The notes under the pieces are model-generated. The model had not been told where the DNA came from. It saw nothing but the letters and a program-made list of their open reading frames with translations, and ran no database searches. A DNA stretch of 24,000 nt from Aliamphritea ceti (GTDB taxonomy: Bacteria; Pseudomonadota; Gammaproteobacteria; Pseudomonadales; Balneatricaceae): NCBI RefSeq assembly GCF_024347215.1, contig NZ_AP025282.1:245614-269613 (forward strand). Direction: 5' to 3'. Both the position numbers and the translations under genes were made by a program. Positions 8,970 through 16,629 of the stretch are shown piece by piece. Every line of letters begins with the position of its first letter. Within the stretch, counting starts at the first letter, position 1.

Positions 8970-8986
8970 GATTGTTATAAACAATC
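8970..8986. promoter_or_regulatory. 17-bp palindrome, possible operator in the prlC / yrdA-like divergent region
   Basis: GATTGTT-ATA-AACAATC has perfect 7-bp arms. No cognate regulator can be identified from the sequence. Confidence 0.3.
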
Positions 8987-9061
8987 TGGGTTCCGTAATG
9001 TTGTCATGATGTATAGACAGAGCGGATTAATTCCTGAAAAAGCAGATAAGGGTATAACAGC

Positions 9062-9625
9062 ATGAATGTACGCACTTTCCAAGGCATGACTCCAAAATTA
9101 GGGGAACGGGTGTTTGTCGATCCCAGTGCTGTCGTGCTGGGAGATGTTGAACTGGGCGATGATGTGTCGGTTTGGCCGTTAACGGTGATCCGTGGCGATA
9201 TGCACAGAATTCGGGTGGGTGACCGTACCAGTGTTCAGGACGGTTCGGTGTTACACATAACCCATGCCAGTGATTTTAACCCGGGTGGTTATCCACTGTT
9301 GATCGGCTCAGATGTCACTATTGGTCATCAGGCAATGTTACACGGCTGCACCATTGGTGACCGGGTGTTGATTGGTATGGGCGCAATGGTGATGGATGGG
9401 GCAGTTGTTGAAGATGAAGTGATTATTGGTGCTGGTAGTCTGGTGCCGTCGGGTAAAACATTGCAAAGCGGTTATCTTTACGTTGGCCGACCTGTGAAGC
9501 AGATACGGGAGCTGACAGAAAAAGAAATCAGCTTCTTTCCTTACACTGCCGGTAATTACGTGAAGCTTAAAGATCAGCATCGTGAAGAGAATTATGGCGC
9601 AGAAAAACCGGATGCAAAAAGCTAA
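9062..9625 (+). CDS. yrdA: Gamma-carbonic-anhydrase-family / hexapeptide-repeat protein (YrdA-like)
   Basis: 187 aa. The left-handed beta-helix repeats read VFVDPSAVVLGDVELGDDVSVWPLTVIRGDMHRIRVGDRTSVQDGSVLH ... IGHQAMLHGCTIGDRVLIGMGA, closely paralleling E. coli YrdA as I recall it. Confidence 0.88.
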   Translation: MNVRTFQGMTPKLGERVFVDPSAVVLGDVELGDDVSVWPLTVIRGDMHRIRVGDRTSVQDGSVLHITHASDFNPGGYPLLIGSDVTIGHQAMLHGCTIGDRVLIGMGAMVMDGAVVEDEVIIGAGSLVPSGKTLQSGYLYVGRPVKQIRELTEKEISFFPYTAGNYVKLKDQHREENYGAEKPDAKS

Positions 9626-9686
9626 GTGAATTACGGATCACTATCTCTGGAAACATAAGCATTTAGAACATAAGGAAGCCTATTCT

Positions 9687-10229
9687 GTGATTGCTTCAGA
9701 CTTGCTGATTATCCGGGCCGTGAAAGAAGCGGATTTGCCGGTGTTTTTTGAACATCTGAGTGATATGAGTAGCCTGGGTGAATTTTTACCGGTAATCATG
9801 CCTTCGGAAACTCAGCTGCGGCATGAGTTCGCCGCTGATGGCCTGATCGGTAAAGACGCTCAGCGCTTGCTGATTGTTTCTCCGGATGGCGAAATGCTGG
9901 GATATATCTGGGCATTTAAGTCGGTGCCGTACTTTGATGCGACAGAGGTGGGCTATCAGATATTCAGTACTGAGCAGCGGGGTAAGGGCTATGCCAGTGA
10001 GGCACTGCGGCTGTTCAGGGATTATCTGTTTGAGTCCAGCCAGGTGAATCGTCTGGAGCTGCGCATCTCGACTGACAATACCGGGTCACAGAAAGTGGCT
10101 GAAAAACTGAATTTTGTACGTGAAGGCATCTGTCGGGAAGCGGCTTATTCCAAAGGCAGGCTGCACGATATGTGCATATACGCGCAGTTACGCCGAGAGT
10201 GGCAGGAGCAGGGCAATACTGATGGCTGA
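9687..10229 (+). CDS. GNAT-family N-acetyltransferase (RimJ/RimL-like)
   Basis: 180 aa with a GTG start preceded by AAGGAAG at an 8-nt spacing. The acetyl-CoA motif region reads QRGKGYASEALRLFRDYLF. The stop overlaps the creB start by 8 nt. Confidence 0.82.
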   Translation: MIASDLLIIRAVKEADLPVFFEHLSDMSSLGEFLPVIMPSETQLRHEFAADGLIGKDAQRLLIVSPDGEMLGYIWAFKSVPYFDATEVGYQIFSTEQRGKGYASEALRLFRDYLFESSQVNRLELRISTDNTGSQKVAEKLNFVREGICREAAYSKGRLHDMCIYAQLRREWQEQGNTDG

Positions 10230-10914
10230 CAGTAAGCATATTCTGATTGTTGAAGACGAAGCTTCAATTGCGGATAACATCAGCTTTGCATTACAGCTGG
10301 AAGGTTTTAGCAGCGAGCACTGCACACTAGCGGGTGATGCCTTGCTACGCCTGAAGGAAGCGAGCTTTGCGTTGGCAATTGTTGATGTCGGCCTGCCGGA
10401 CATGAATGGTTTTGAACTCTGTAAAGCAATTCGCAGGGATTCCAATATTCCGTTGATATTTCTGACCGCCCGGGCAGATGAGATTGACCGGATTCTTGGT
10501 CTGGAACTGGGCGCTGATGATTATGTGACTAAGCCGTTTAGTCCGCGAGAACTGACAACCCGGGTCAAGACTGTATTGCGCCGGGCAAGGCCAGAAAGTG
10601 CTGAAGTTTCCGTCAGTGCCGAGCTGCCCTTTGTGCTGGATACACTTCAAGCATCGATTCAGTTCAGAGGATGTGTGCTTAACCTGACCCGCATTGAATT
10701 TCTGATGCTGCAAACGCTGGTAGAACATCCGGGCCAGGTGTTCAGTCGTGGGCAGCTAATGCATGCTGCCTGGGAGCATCCGCAGGTGAGTCTGGAAAGG
10801 TCTGTTGATACTCACATTAAAAGCCTGAGGGCGAAGCTAAAACAGGTAGAGCCTGGGGATGATTCGATTCAGACCCACCGGGGGCTGGGCTATAGCCTGG
10901 TGATTTCAGACTGA
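10222..10914 (+). CDS. creB: OmpR-family response regulator CreB
   Basis: I call the start at ATG 10222 (MADSKHILIVEDEASIADNI...), not the track's 10114, which would run through the GNAT gene. Supporting motifs are VDVGLPDMNGFELC, IFLTARADEIDRILGLELGADDYVTKPFSPREL, and a winged-helix C-terminus. The genes that follow are creC and creD. Confidence 0.85.
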   Translation: MADSKHILIVEDEASIADNISFALQLEGFSSEHCTLAGDALLRLKEASFALAIVDVGLPDMNGFELCKAIRRDSNIPLIFLTARADEIDRILGLELGADDYVTKPFSPRELTTRVKTVLRRARPESAEVSVSAELPFVLDTLQASIQFRGCVLNLTRIEFLMLQTLVEHPGQVFSRGQLMHAAWEHPQVSLERSVDTHIKSLRAKLKQVEPGDDSIQTHRGLGYSLVISD

Positions 10915-12416
10915 TGCAGAAGCTAATTGCGCGGCTGGGACTGAATAAATTCGGCGTGAAGCTGTTTCTGGCCTATTTTGCCATTCTGGGGCTGGGCATT
11001 TATCTGTTGCTGAATACTTTACTGGGCGAGATTAAACCCGGATTACGTCAGGCGATGGAAACAGCATTGGTGGATACGGCAAACCTGATGGCGGAATATG
11101 TGGCACCGCAAACGCTGCAAGACCCCCTTCAGTTGGAACAGTTAGCGCAGGTGCTGGACAGCACGTTACGCCGACCCATTAATGCCACTATCTGGTCGCA
11201 CAAGAAAACCGCCACTGTGCTGCGGGTGTATGTAACCGACGTAAATGGCAGGGTCGTTTTTGACTCTGCAGGACGCGATCTGGGCGCTGATTATTCCCGT
11301 TGGAATGATGTCTATCTGACCTTAAGAGGCGAGTATGGAGCACGCAGTACACAGGAAAACCCCGGTGATGAATTCAGCTCTGTGATGTATATCAGTGCGC
11401 CTATATATGCCCGGCAGGATTCGGGCAGTGAACGGCAGATAGTCGGTGTACTGGCGGTTGGTAAGTCGAATATAAGTGTTGAGCCGTTCTGGCAGCTGGC
11501 GCGGGATAATATCCGTTCTATGGGCGTCTGGTTACTGGTTTTGGCAGCCCTGTTAGGTGCACTGTTATCCACCTGGTTAAGTTTGAATATTGGTAAACTG
11601 GTTAGCTATGCCCGTCAGGCCAGTGCTGGCAGCGAAGTTCAGCCCCCGCGCTTGAGTGACCCTGATTTAGCGGCGCTAGCACAGGCAATGGATGAAATGC
11701 GTACTGCACTGGACGGTAAGCAATATATTGAAAGCTATACGCTTAGCCTTACCCATGAAATGAAAAGCCCGTTAACAGCCTTGCAAGGGGCTGCAGAGTT
11801 GATTGCACAAGTTGATGACCGGGAGATGCGGCAAAAACTGGCGGGTAATATTGAGCTGGAAAGTAAACGCTTACGGGCGTTGGTCGATCAGGTTTTGTCG
11901 CTGGCCAGACTGGAAAACCGCCAGCAACTGGAGCATCCGCAAACGTTACAGTTAAATACATTACTGCAGCAGGAACTGAGTCAGTTGCAATGGTTGGCCG
12001 AACAGCGACAAGTAAGCCTGCTGTTGAAGTGCGAACCTCAAGATATGGCTTTCACCGTCTCTGGTGATGAGGTATTACTGGCGCAGGCGCTGCGCAATTT
12101 GCTGGAAAACGCGCTGGATTTCAGCCCGCAGCACAGTGATATTGAAGTATTGCTCCGTTATGATTCGGCGGGTTCAGATTTTGTGGTCATAGAGATTTTT
12201 GATCAGGGTAGTGGCATTCCTGAATATGCTCTTGAGAAAGTCTGGCAGCGGTTTTATTCTCTGCCTCGTCCTGCAACAGGGTTGCGTAGTACTGGCCTGG
12301 GGCTGAGTTTCGTACAGCAAATTGCCAAACTACATGCTGCTGAACTGAGCCTGGATAACCGACCACAAGCTGGTGTGGTTGCCCGCCTGCGGCTGCCACT
12401 GGCCAGGTCTGCATAA
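10914..12416 (+). CDS. creC: Sensor histidine kinase CreC
   Basis: 500 aa. There are two TM segments flanking a ~170-aa periplasmic domain. The H-box is LTHEMKSPLTAL, the N-box LRNLLENALDF, followed by DQGSGIP and GLGLSFV. The ATG shares its A with the creB TGA (TGATG). Confidence 0.85.
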   Translation: MQKLIARLGLNKFGVKLFLAYFAILGLGIYLLLNTLLGEIKPGLRQAMETALVDTANLMAEYVAPQTLQDPLQLEQLAQVLDSTLRRPINATIWSHKKTATVLRVYVTDVNGRVVFDSAGRDLGADYSRWNDVYLTLRGEYGARSTQENPGDEFSSVMYISAPIYARQDSGSERQIVGVLAVGKSNISVEPFWQLARDNIRSMGVWLLVLAALLGALLSTWLSLNIGKLVSYARQASAGSEVQPPRLSDPDLAALAQAMDEMRTALDGKQYIESYTLSLTHEMKSPLTALQGAAELIAQVDDREMRQKLAGNIELESKRLRALVDQVLSLARLENRQQLEHPQTLQLNTLLQQELSQLQWLAEQRQVSLLLKCEPQDMAFTVSGDEVLLAQALRNLLENALDFSPQHSDIEVLLRYDSAGSDFVVIEIFDQGSGIPEYALEKVWQRFYSLPRPATGLRSTGLGLSFVQQIAKLHAAELSLDNRPQAGVVARLRLPLARSA

Positions 12417-12465
12417 AACACACATAAAGCACATATACATCACACAGACTCCTCACATTCCCCAC
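12417..12465 (+). promoter_or_regulatory. Phased nnCAC pentamer array upstream of creD (cre-tag-like candidate CreB site)
   Basis: AACAC (12417), AGCAC (12428), ATCAC (12439) and CCCAC (12461) lie on an exact 11-bp register, and CTCAC (12452) is out of register. The E. coli cre tag is TTCAC-N6-TTCAC, which has the same 11-bp period. Confidence 0.35.
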
Positions 12466-12499
12466 GCATACTGGCTCCATATTTATAAGGAGATCAGTC

Positions 12500-13897
12500 A
12501 TGAAAAAACGTTTGGCACAGAAAATTCTGGCTCTGGCATTGCTGGGCATCCTGTTATGGATTCCGCTGCTGCTGGAGCAGGATGTCATTTATGAACGTAT
12601 GGGGTATCGCGATCAGGTTATCCGGGATATCGCGACAACCTTTACTGGTGAGCAGGTTGTCACCGGACCACTGGTGATTGTTCCCTGGTCGCTGAGCTAT
12701 CAGTCCAGAGTCTGGAACGATAAAACCAAAAGCTACAAGCTGGAGGATAAAAAGCGTTCTGGTCGTTATGTACTATTGCCGCAGCAGCTGAACACTGATG
12801 CAGTTGTCGGTACCAGTACCCGCCAGCGGGGCATTTATGAAGTGCCGGTGTATAAAACCAGTTTGAGTATGCAGGGAAGCTTCAGTAATGCAGGCTTGTT
12901 GAGCCATCAGCAACAGCTGGAAGAGGAGTTCCAGGGAACTCTGAGTTGGGGAAAGCCGACTTTGTCGCTGTTGGTATCAGATATGCGGGGCATTGTGGAT
13001 GAACCGAGCGTCCAGTGGCAGCAACAAAATCTGAATATTCAGCCGGGCAGCAAATTGCCGTCTCATCATCAGGGGGTACACAGCGCGATACCTGGATTTT
13101 CCACAAGCCTGACACAAACTGTCGAGTTCAGTGTAGCGATGCAAATTCGGGGAATGGAGCGGTTATTGCTGACGCCGGTTGGTGATTATAACCGGATCAG
13201 CATGCAGTCTGACTGGCCGCATCCGAGTTTTACGGGCCGTTATCTGCCGGAAAGTTACACGCTGACAGACAATGGCTTTGCGGCGGACTGGAATACATCA
13301 CCGTTTTCAGCAGACCTGCAGTCTGTTGCTAAGGAATGTCTCAGTGGCAGCTACTGCCAGTTTGCTGATTATGCTGTTGGCGCGGATTTTATTCAGCCAG
13401 TGGATATGTATGTACAGGCTGAACGTTCTATCAAATACGGTTTGTTGTTTATCGGCGTGACTTTTATCGTGTTCTTCCTATTCGAAGTGTTGAAGCAGCT
13501 CCAGATTCATCCGGTTCAGTACGGTATGGTGGGGATGGCACTGGCGCTTTTCTACATGCTGCTAATTTCACTGAGCGAACATATCAGTTTTGCTCTGGCA
13601 TATTTACTGGCGACGCTAGCCTGTACTGGATTACTTGGTGTGTATTTAAGTGCGGTTTTGAAGAGCCTGCAACGAGGGATAAGTTTTGCAGCGGGTTTGT
13701 CGGCACTTTACGGGCTATTGTTTGTAATTATTTCTTCGGAAGACTATGCCTTACTGATGGGGTCAGTGCTGATCTTTGCGATTCTGGCGATCAGTATGGT
13801 GATGACCCGTAAAGTTGACTGGTATCAGGTAGGAGGCCGGGCTGATAAGCCGACAGATATTAATCCAAAGATGACAGAGGCAAAGCAGACAGTTTAA
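12500..13897 (+). CDS. creD: Inner-membrane protein CreD (cell-envelope integrity protein)
   Basis: 465 aa. It has an N-terminal TM, a large periplasmic domain, then a cluster of about 5 C-terminal TM helices. AAGGAG lies 7 nt upstream of the ATG, and the gene sits downstream of creBC. Confidence 0.85.
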   Translation: MKKRLAQKILALALLGILLWIPLLLEQDVIYERMGYRDQVIRDIATTFTGEQVVTGPLVIVPWSLSYQSRVWNDKTKSYKLEDKKRSGRYVLLPQQLNTDAVVGTSTRQRGIYEVPVYKTSLSMQGSFSNAGLLSHQQQLEEEFQGTLSWGKPTLSLLVSDMRGIVDEPSVQWQQQNLNIQPGSKLPSHHQGVHSAIPGFSTSLTQTVEFSVAMQIRGMERLLLTPVGDYNRISMQSDWPHPSFTGRYLPESYTLTDNGFAADWNTSPFSADLQSVAKECLSGSYCQFADYAVGADFIQPVDMYVQAERSIKYGLLFIGVTFIVFFLFEVLKQLQIHPVQYGMVGMALALFYMLLISLSEHISFALAYLLATLACTGLLGVYLSAVLKSLQRGISFAAGLSALYGLLFVIISSEDYALLMGSVLIFAILAISMVMTRKVDWYQVGGRADKPTDINPKMTEAKQTV

Positions 13898-13915
13898 GTT
13901 TGCGAGGGTATTAAA

Positions 13916-13943
13916 GAAAAACGGTGCTGGTGGCACCGTTTTT
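13916..13943. terminator. Bidirectional rho-independent terminator between creD (+) and the orphan lipoprotein gene (-)
   Basis: GAAAA-ACGGTGC-tggtg-GCACCGT-TTTT (stem 13921-13927 / 13933-13939). Confidence 0.85.
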
Positions 13944-13957
13944 GGATGTGGACTCTT

Positions 13958-14488
13958 TTAACTCGCACTCGCCTGGCTAACTTTTAACAGAGCTTTTGCC
14001 ATTACGATGCGACCGCGTTTAATGCTTTCAAAAGCCCGTCGTTCGCGACGGCGGTTGTTTTCGGTCAGCGCATGTTTGAGATCCAGGCCGATAAGCAAAA
14101 TACCTTCGTACTGATCAAAAATTGGCTGTAGTGAGTGACTGGCGACAAACTTACGGTTTTTTTTCAGCACCGCAGCATAGTGATTTTTAAGCTCAATATA
14201 TTCCCAGGTCCATTTGGTATTGCGGTAGCCGATGAAGCCTAAGGAATCTTCTTCGGCTTTATATTTGTCGTAGGCGACCTCAAGACGATCAAGAATCTGA
14301 TCGTAATCTTTACCGGCGATAGATACGAACTTACGCACGTTGTTATCTGTCAGTGTTGGTGCCATTCGCATGGCTTTTTCTTCGGCAGTTTCCTGGTTAC
14401 AGGCACTGACCATCAACAGGGTTAGTAGTATCAGAAAACTGTTACGGACCAGATACAAGGTCCGGGTCAGGTTAAGGGTCATCAGCAT
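13958..14488 (-). CDS. Hypothetical lipoprotein, no family recognised
   Basis: 176 aa. The signal peptide has the lipobox MVSAC followed by NQE. The mature part is predicted helical and Lys/Glu/Arg-rich (NNRRRERRAFESIKRGR near the C-terminus). I recognise no catalytic motif. Confidence 0.6.
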   Translation of the reverse strand: MLMTLNLTRTLYLVRNSFLILLTLLMVSACNQETAEEKAMRMAPTLTDNNVRKFVSIAGKDYDQILDRLEVAYDKYKAEEDSLGFIGYRNTKWTWEYIELKNHYAAVLKKNRKFVASHSLQPIFDQYEGILLIGLDLKHALTENNRRRERRAFESIKRGRIVMAKALLKVSQASAS

Positions 14489-14650
14489 ATTCCATATGGC
14501 GGTATAACTGCCCCGTATACTGCATAAAATACTGAGGTCGGTTGGGTGTTATTTCCTAAGAGGCAGCCATTGTTGGACAATTATTTCAGGAATGAAAATA
14601 ACCACTACCCAAATTGGGTTTTTGCTAAAATAAACTTAGTTTAAACTAGC

Positions 14651-15397
14651 TTAGTTAATGGTTTTCTGTAGATTTTCTAAACGCTTAGGGTTCGATGGGT
14701 GGCTATTGAGAAAACCACCGCCACGGCCATATTTAGTTTGCAAAGTGGCTATGGAGCGGGCCATTGCCTGGGGGTCCTGATTGAGTTGCTGGAGGATCTG
14801 CTGGGCATAGCTGTCAGCCGCCAGTTCATCCGCCTGGGAGAACTGGGCACTGATTGCCTGGTAAGCCAGGTCGCCAAGCTGGGATCTGCTCAGGGAAGCA
14901 ATGTCACCACCTGCTGAATTTGCAGCCTGAAATACTGCATTAGTAAGTAGTTGTTTACGCATGCGTTGATAGCTGTGCTGCAGCTGTACGTGGCCGATTT
15001 CGTGACCGATTACCGCCAGTACCTGGTCATCAGGCATGGCATCCAGTAAACCCGAATGTACCCGAATAGTGCCGTCCGCCATGGCAAATGCATTAACAGC
15101 AGGGCTGAGATATACCTTGTAATTCATACGCTGACCATTCACCACTTCCAGCCCCTTAACGATTCGGCTGAGTCGTTGGCTGTATGCGCTGTTAGTCGGC
15201 GCAAGCTGGTTTTTTCGGTCCAGTTCTGCAGCGCTTAACTGAGCGGCCTGAATCACATCCTGTTCTTCCAGTGTGGCTGCCTGATAGACGGTCACGCCAC
15301 TGGCGATTGCGCTGGCAAGGTTAAACTCACCTTCGTTATCGCAGCCGCTGAGGAAGAGTGCAAAGGCACTCAGGGTTATAATTTTCAGATACCGCAT
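14651..15397 (-). CDS. M48-family zinc metallopeptidase lipoprotein (YcaL/LoiP-like)
   Basis: 248 aa. The lipobox is FLSGC followed by DNE. The zinc motif is HEIGHVQLQH. The C-terminal SHPS is typical of M48 lipoprotein proteases. Confidence 0.88.
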   Translation of the reverse strand: MRYLKIITLSAFALFLSGCDNEGEFNLASAIASGVTVYQAATLEEQDVIQAAQLSAAELDRKNQLAPTNSAYSQRLSRIVKGLEVVNGQRMNYKVYLSPAVNAFAMADGTIRVHSGLLDAMPDDQVLAVIGHEIGHVQLQHSYQRMRKQLLTNAVFQAANSAGGDIASLSRSQLGDLAYQAISAQFSQADELAADSYAQQILQQLNQDPQAMARSIATLQTKYGRGGGFLNSHPSNPKRLENLQKTIN

Positions 15398-15513
15398 ATT
15401 CTGTTCCTGATTCAGCCAGCGTTTAGCCCGTAGTGATCTTTATCTTCAGTGTTCGCAGAGCTGTTTTAGTGCTTAATCTATGAGGCACAGCTATGCGAAG
15501 AAGGTTCCGCAGA

Positions 15514-16629
15514 CTATAAGGTTACCATATGGTTATCCCAGGCGAGTCGGTGCGCCAGTGACACACGCCGGGTTTCACCGCTCAGCAGATTATGCTGCTG
15601 GCATACGCCGCGTCCGGTGGAGATGATAAATTCACCGTCATTCCTGGTAGCCGCTAGCCCACAGCCGTCAGGACTGCTGATCATTGAATGATAGCTATCG
15701 CTATGTAAGTCCCAGAAAGTAATCAGGTTACCTCGTGGCGATGAAATAGCTGCGAACTGACCGCTGCTATCAAATCTGGCGCTGCCACAATAACGCTTCA
15801 TGGCAATGTCTACAGGTTCGGGTGCGCTGAGCAGTTTCAGTGCTTGTCCTTTTCGGTGAATGGCCACCAGAGGCGGGTTATCTTCTTTACCCTGATACTG
15901 CAGTGCAATGATGGTTTCGTTACGAAGGTTGGTATCAATATGGCGAATGCTCAACTGATGATGTTCAACGGGAAGCAGTTGCTGTTCGTCGAGTTTACCT
16001 GTGAGTATATTCAGGGCTGCCAGTGATGGTTGCATGCTGTCCAGATTGAGCTTTTTCCTGCCCTGATCCGGGTGGGTAAGAATACCGCCATTGGCGATCA
16101 TCAGTGTTTTACTGTCAGCTGGTAAGAGTTTAATTTCATGTGGGCCGATACCACCTGAAGGCATATCAGCAACTTTAGTGAACATGCCTGCAGCGCGACG
16201 GATAACGATACGGCCCTGGCCGTCAGCGATGTTGTTTTCGCTGCTAATCAGAAACTCACCGTCAGGTGTGAAAACTGAATGGCCAAAAAAATGCCGGCCT
16301 TTGCTGGATTCAATTCGCTTCAGCAGTTTGCCTTGCTGATAGTCGACAATGTCGATGAATCTATCCGGACGACGTGCTGTACAGGCGAGCAGTGGCCTAT
16401 GAGGGTGAGCTTCCACATGGTGTGCCCGGGTAGGCAGTTTATGATCCAGCAACAGACGGCCGTCAGTCGCTACAACATACAGCCGGTAATCATTTTCAGC
16501 TGCTTTAGCAGCAGACGCAAACAGTGCTTGCTTTCCGCTTGCAGCGGCTGCTGATGTGAAGCTTAGTTGCGGCAGGACGATGCCTGCCGCCAGTAACTGG
16601 CAGAGTTTTCTGCGGTTAATCACCGTCAC
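15514..16629 (-). CDS. DUF1513-family protein (predicted beta-propeller) with a twin-arginine signal
   Basis: The Tat-like N-terminus is V-T-V-I-N-R-R-K-L-C-Q-L-L-A-A-G...AAAASG. The longest ORF (ATG at 16683) would overlap the upstream gene by 68 nt. In-frame GTG codons at 16629 and 16623 give an 8-14 nt overlap instead, so the start is uncertain. It is the last gene of the imelysin cluster. Confidence 0.75.
   Translation of the reverse strand: MTVINRRKLCQLLAAGIVLPQLSFTSAAAASGKQALFASAAKAAENDYRLYVVATDGRLLLDHKLPTRAHHVEAHPHRPLLACTARRPDRFIDIVDYQQGKLLKRIESSKGRHFFGHSVFTPDGEFLISSENNIADGQGRIVIRRAAGMFTKVADMPSGGIGPHEIKLLPADSKTLMIANGGILTHPDQGRKKLNLDSMQPSLAALNILTGKLDEQQLLPVEHHQLSIRHIDTNLRNETIIALQYQGKEDNPPLVAIHRKGQALKLLSAPEPVDIAMKRYCGSARFDSSGQFAAISSPRGNLITFWDLHSDSYHSMISSPDGCGLAATRNDGEFIISTGRGVCQQHNLLSGETRRVSLAHRLAWDNHMVTL

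Noticed and set aside
10114-10221. A 5' extension of the creB ORF in the track (36 extra codons: MYVKASVGKRLIPKAGCTICAYTRSYAESGRSRAIL).
   Set aside because: It overlaps the GNAT gene in another frame. The receiver domain begins right after the ATG at 10222 (MADSKHILIVEDE), which is the normal distance for the family.
12187-12594. ORFs on both strands spanning the creC-creD spacer (133 aa on the minus strand, 73 aa on the plus strand).
   Set aside because: They overlap the ends of creC and creD, have odd composition (Ser/Cys/His runs), and have no start context. The spacer is better explained as a regulatory CA-rich region.
14607-14623. A short hairpin, ACCCA-aat-TGGGT, followed by TTTT on the + strand, downstream of the M48 gene.
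   Set aside because: The stem is only 5 bp. The T-tract is on the wrong strand for the minus-strand M48 gene, and no + strand gene ends here. That is insufficient for a terminator call.
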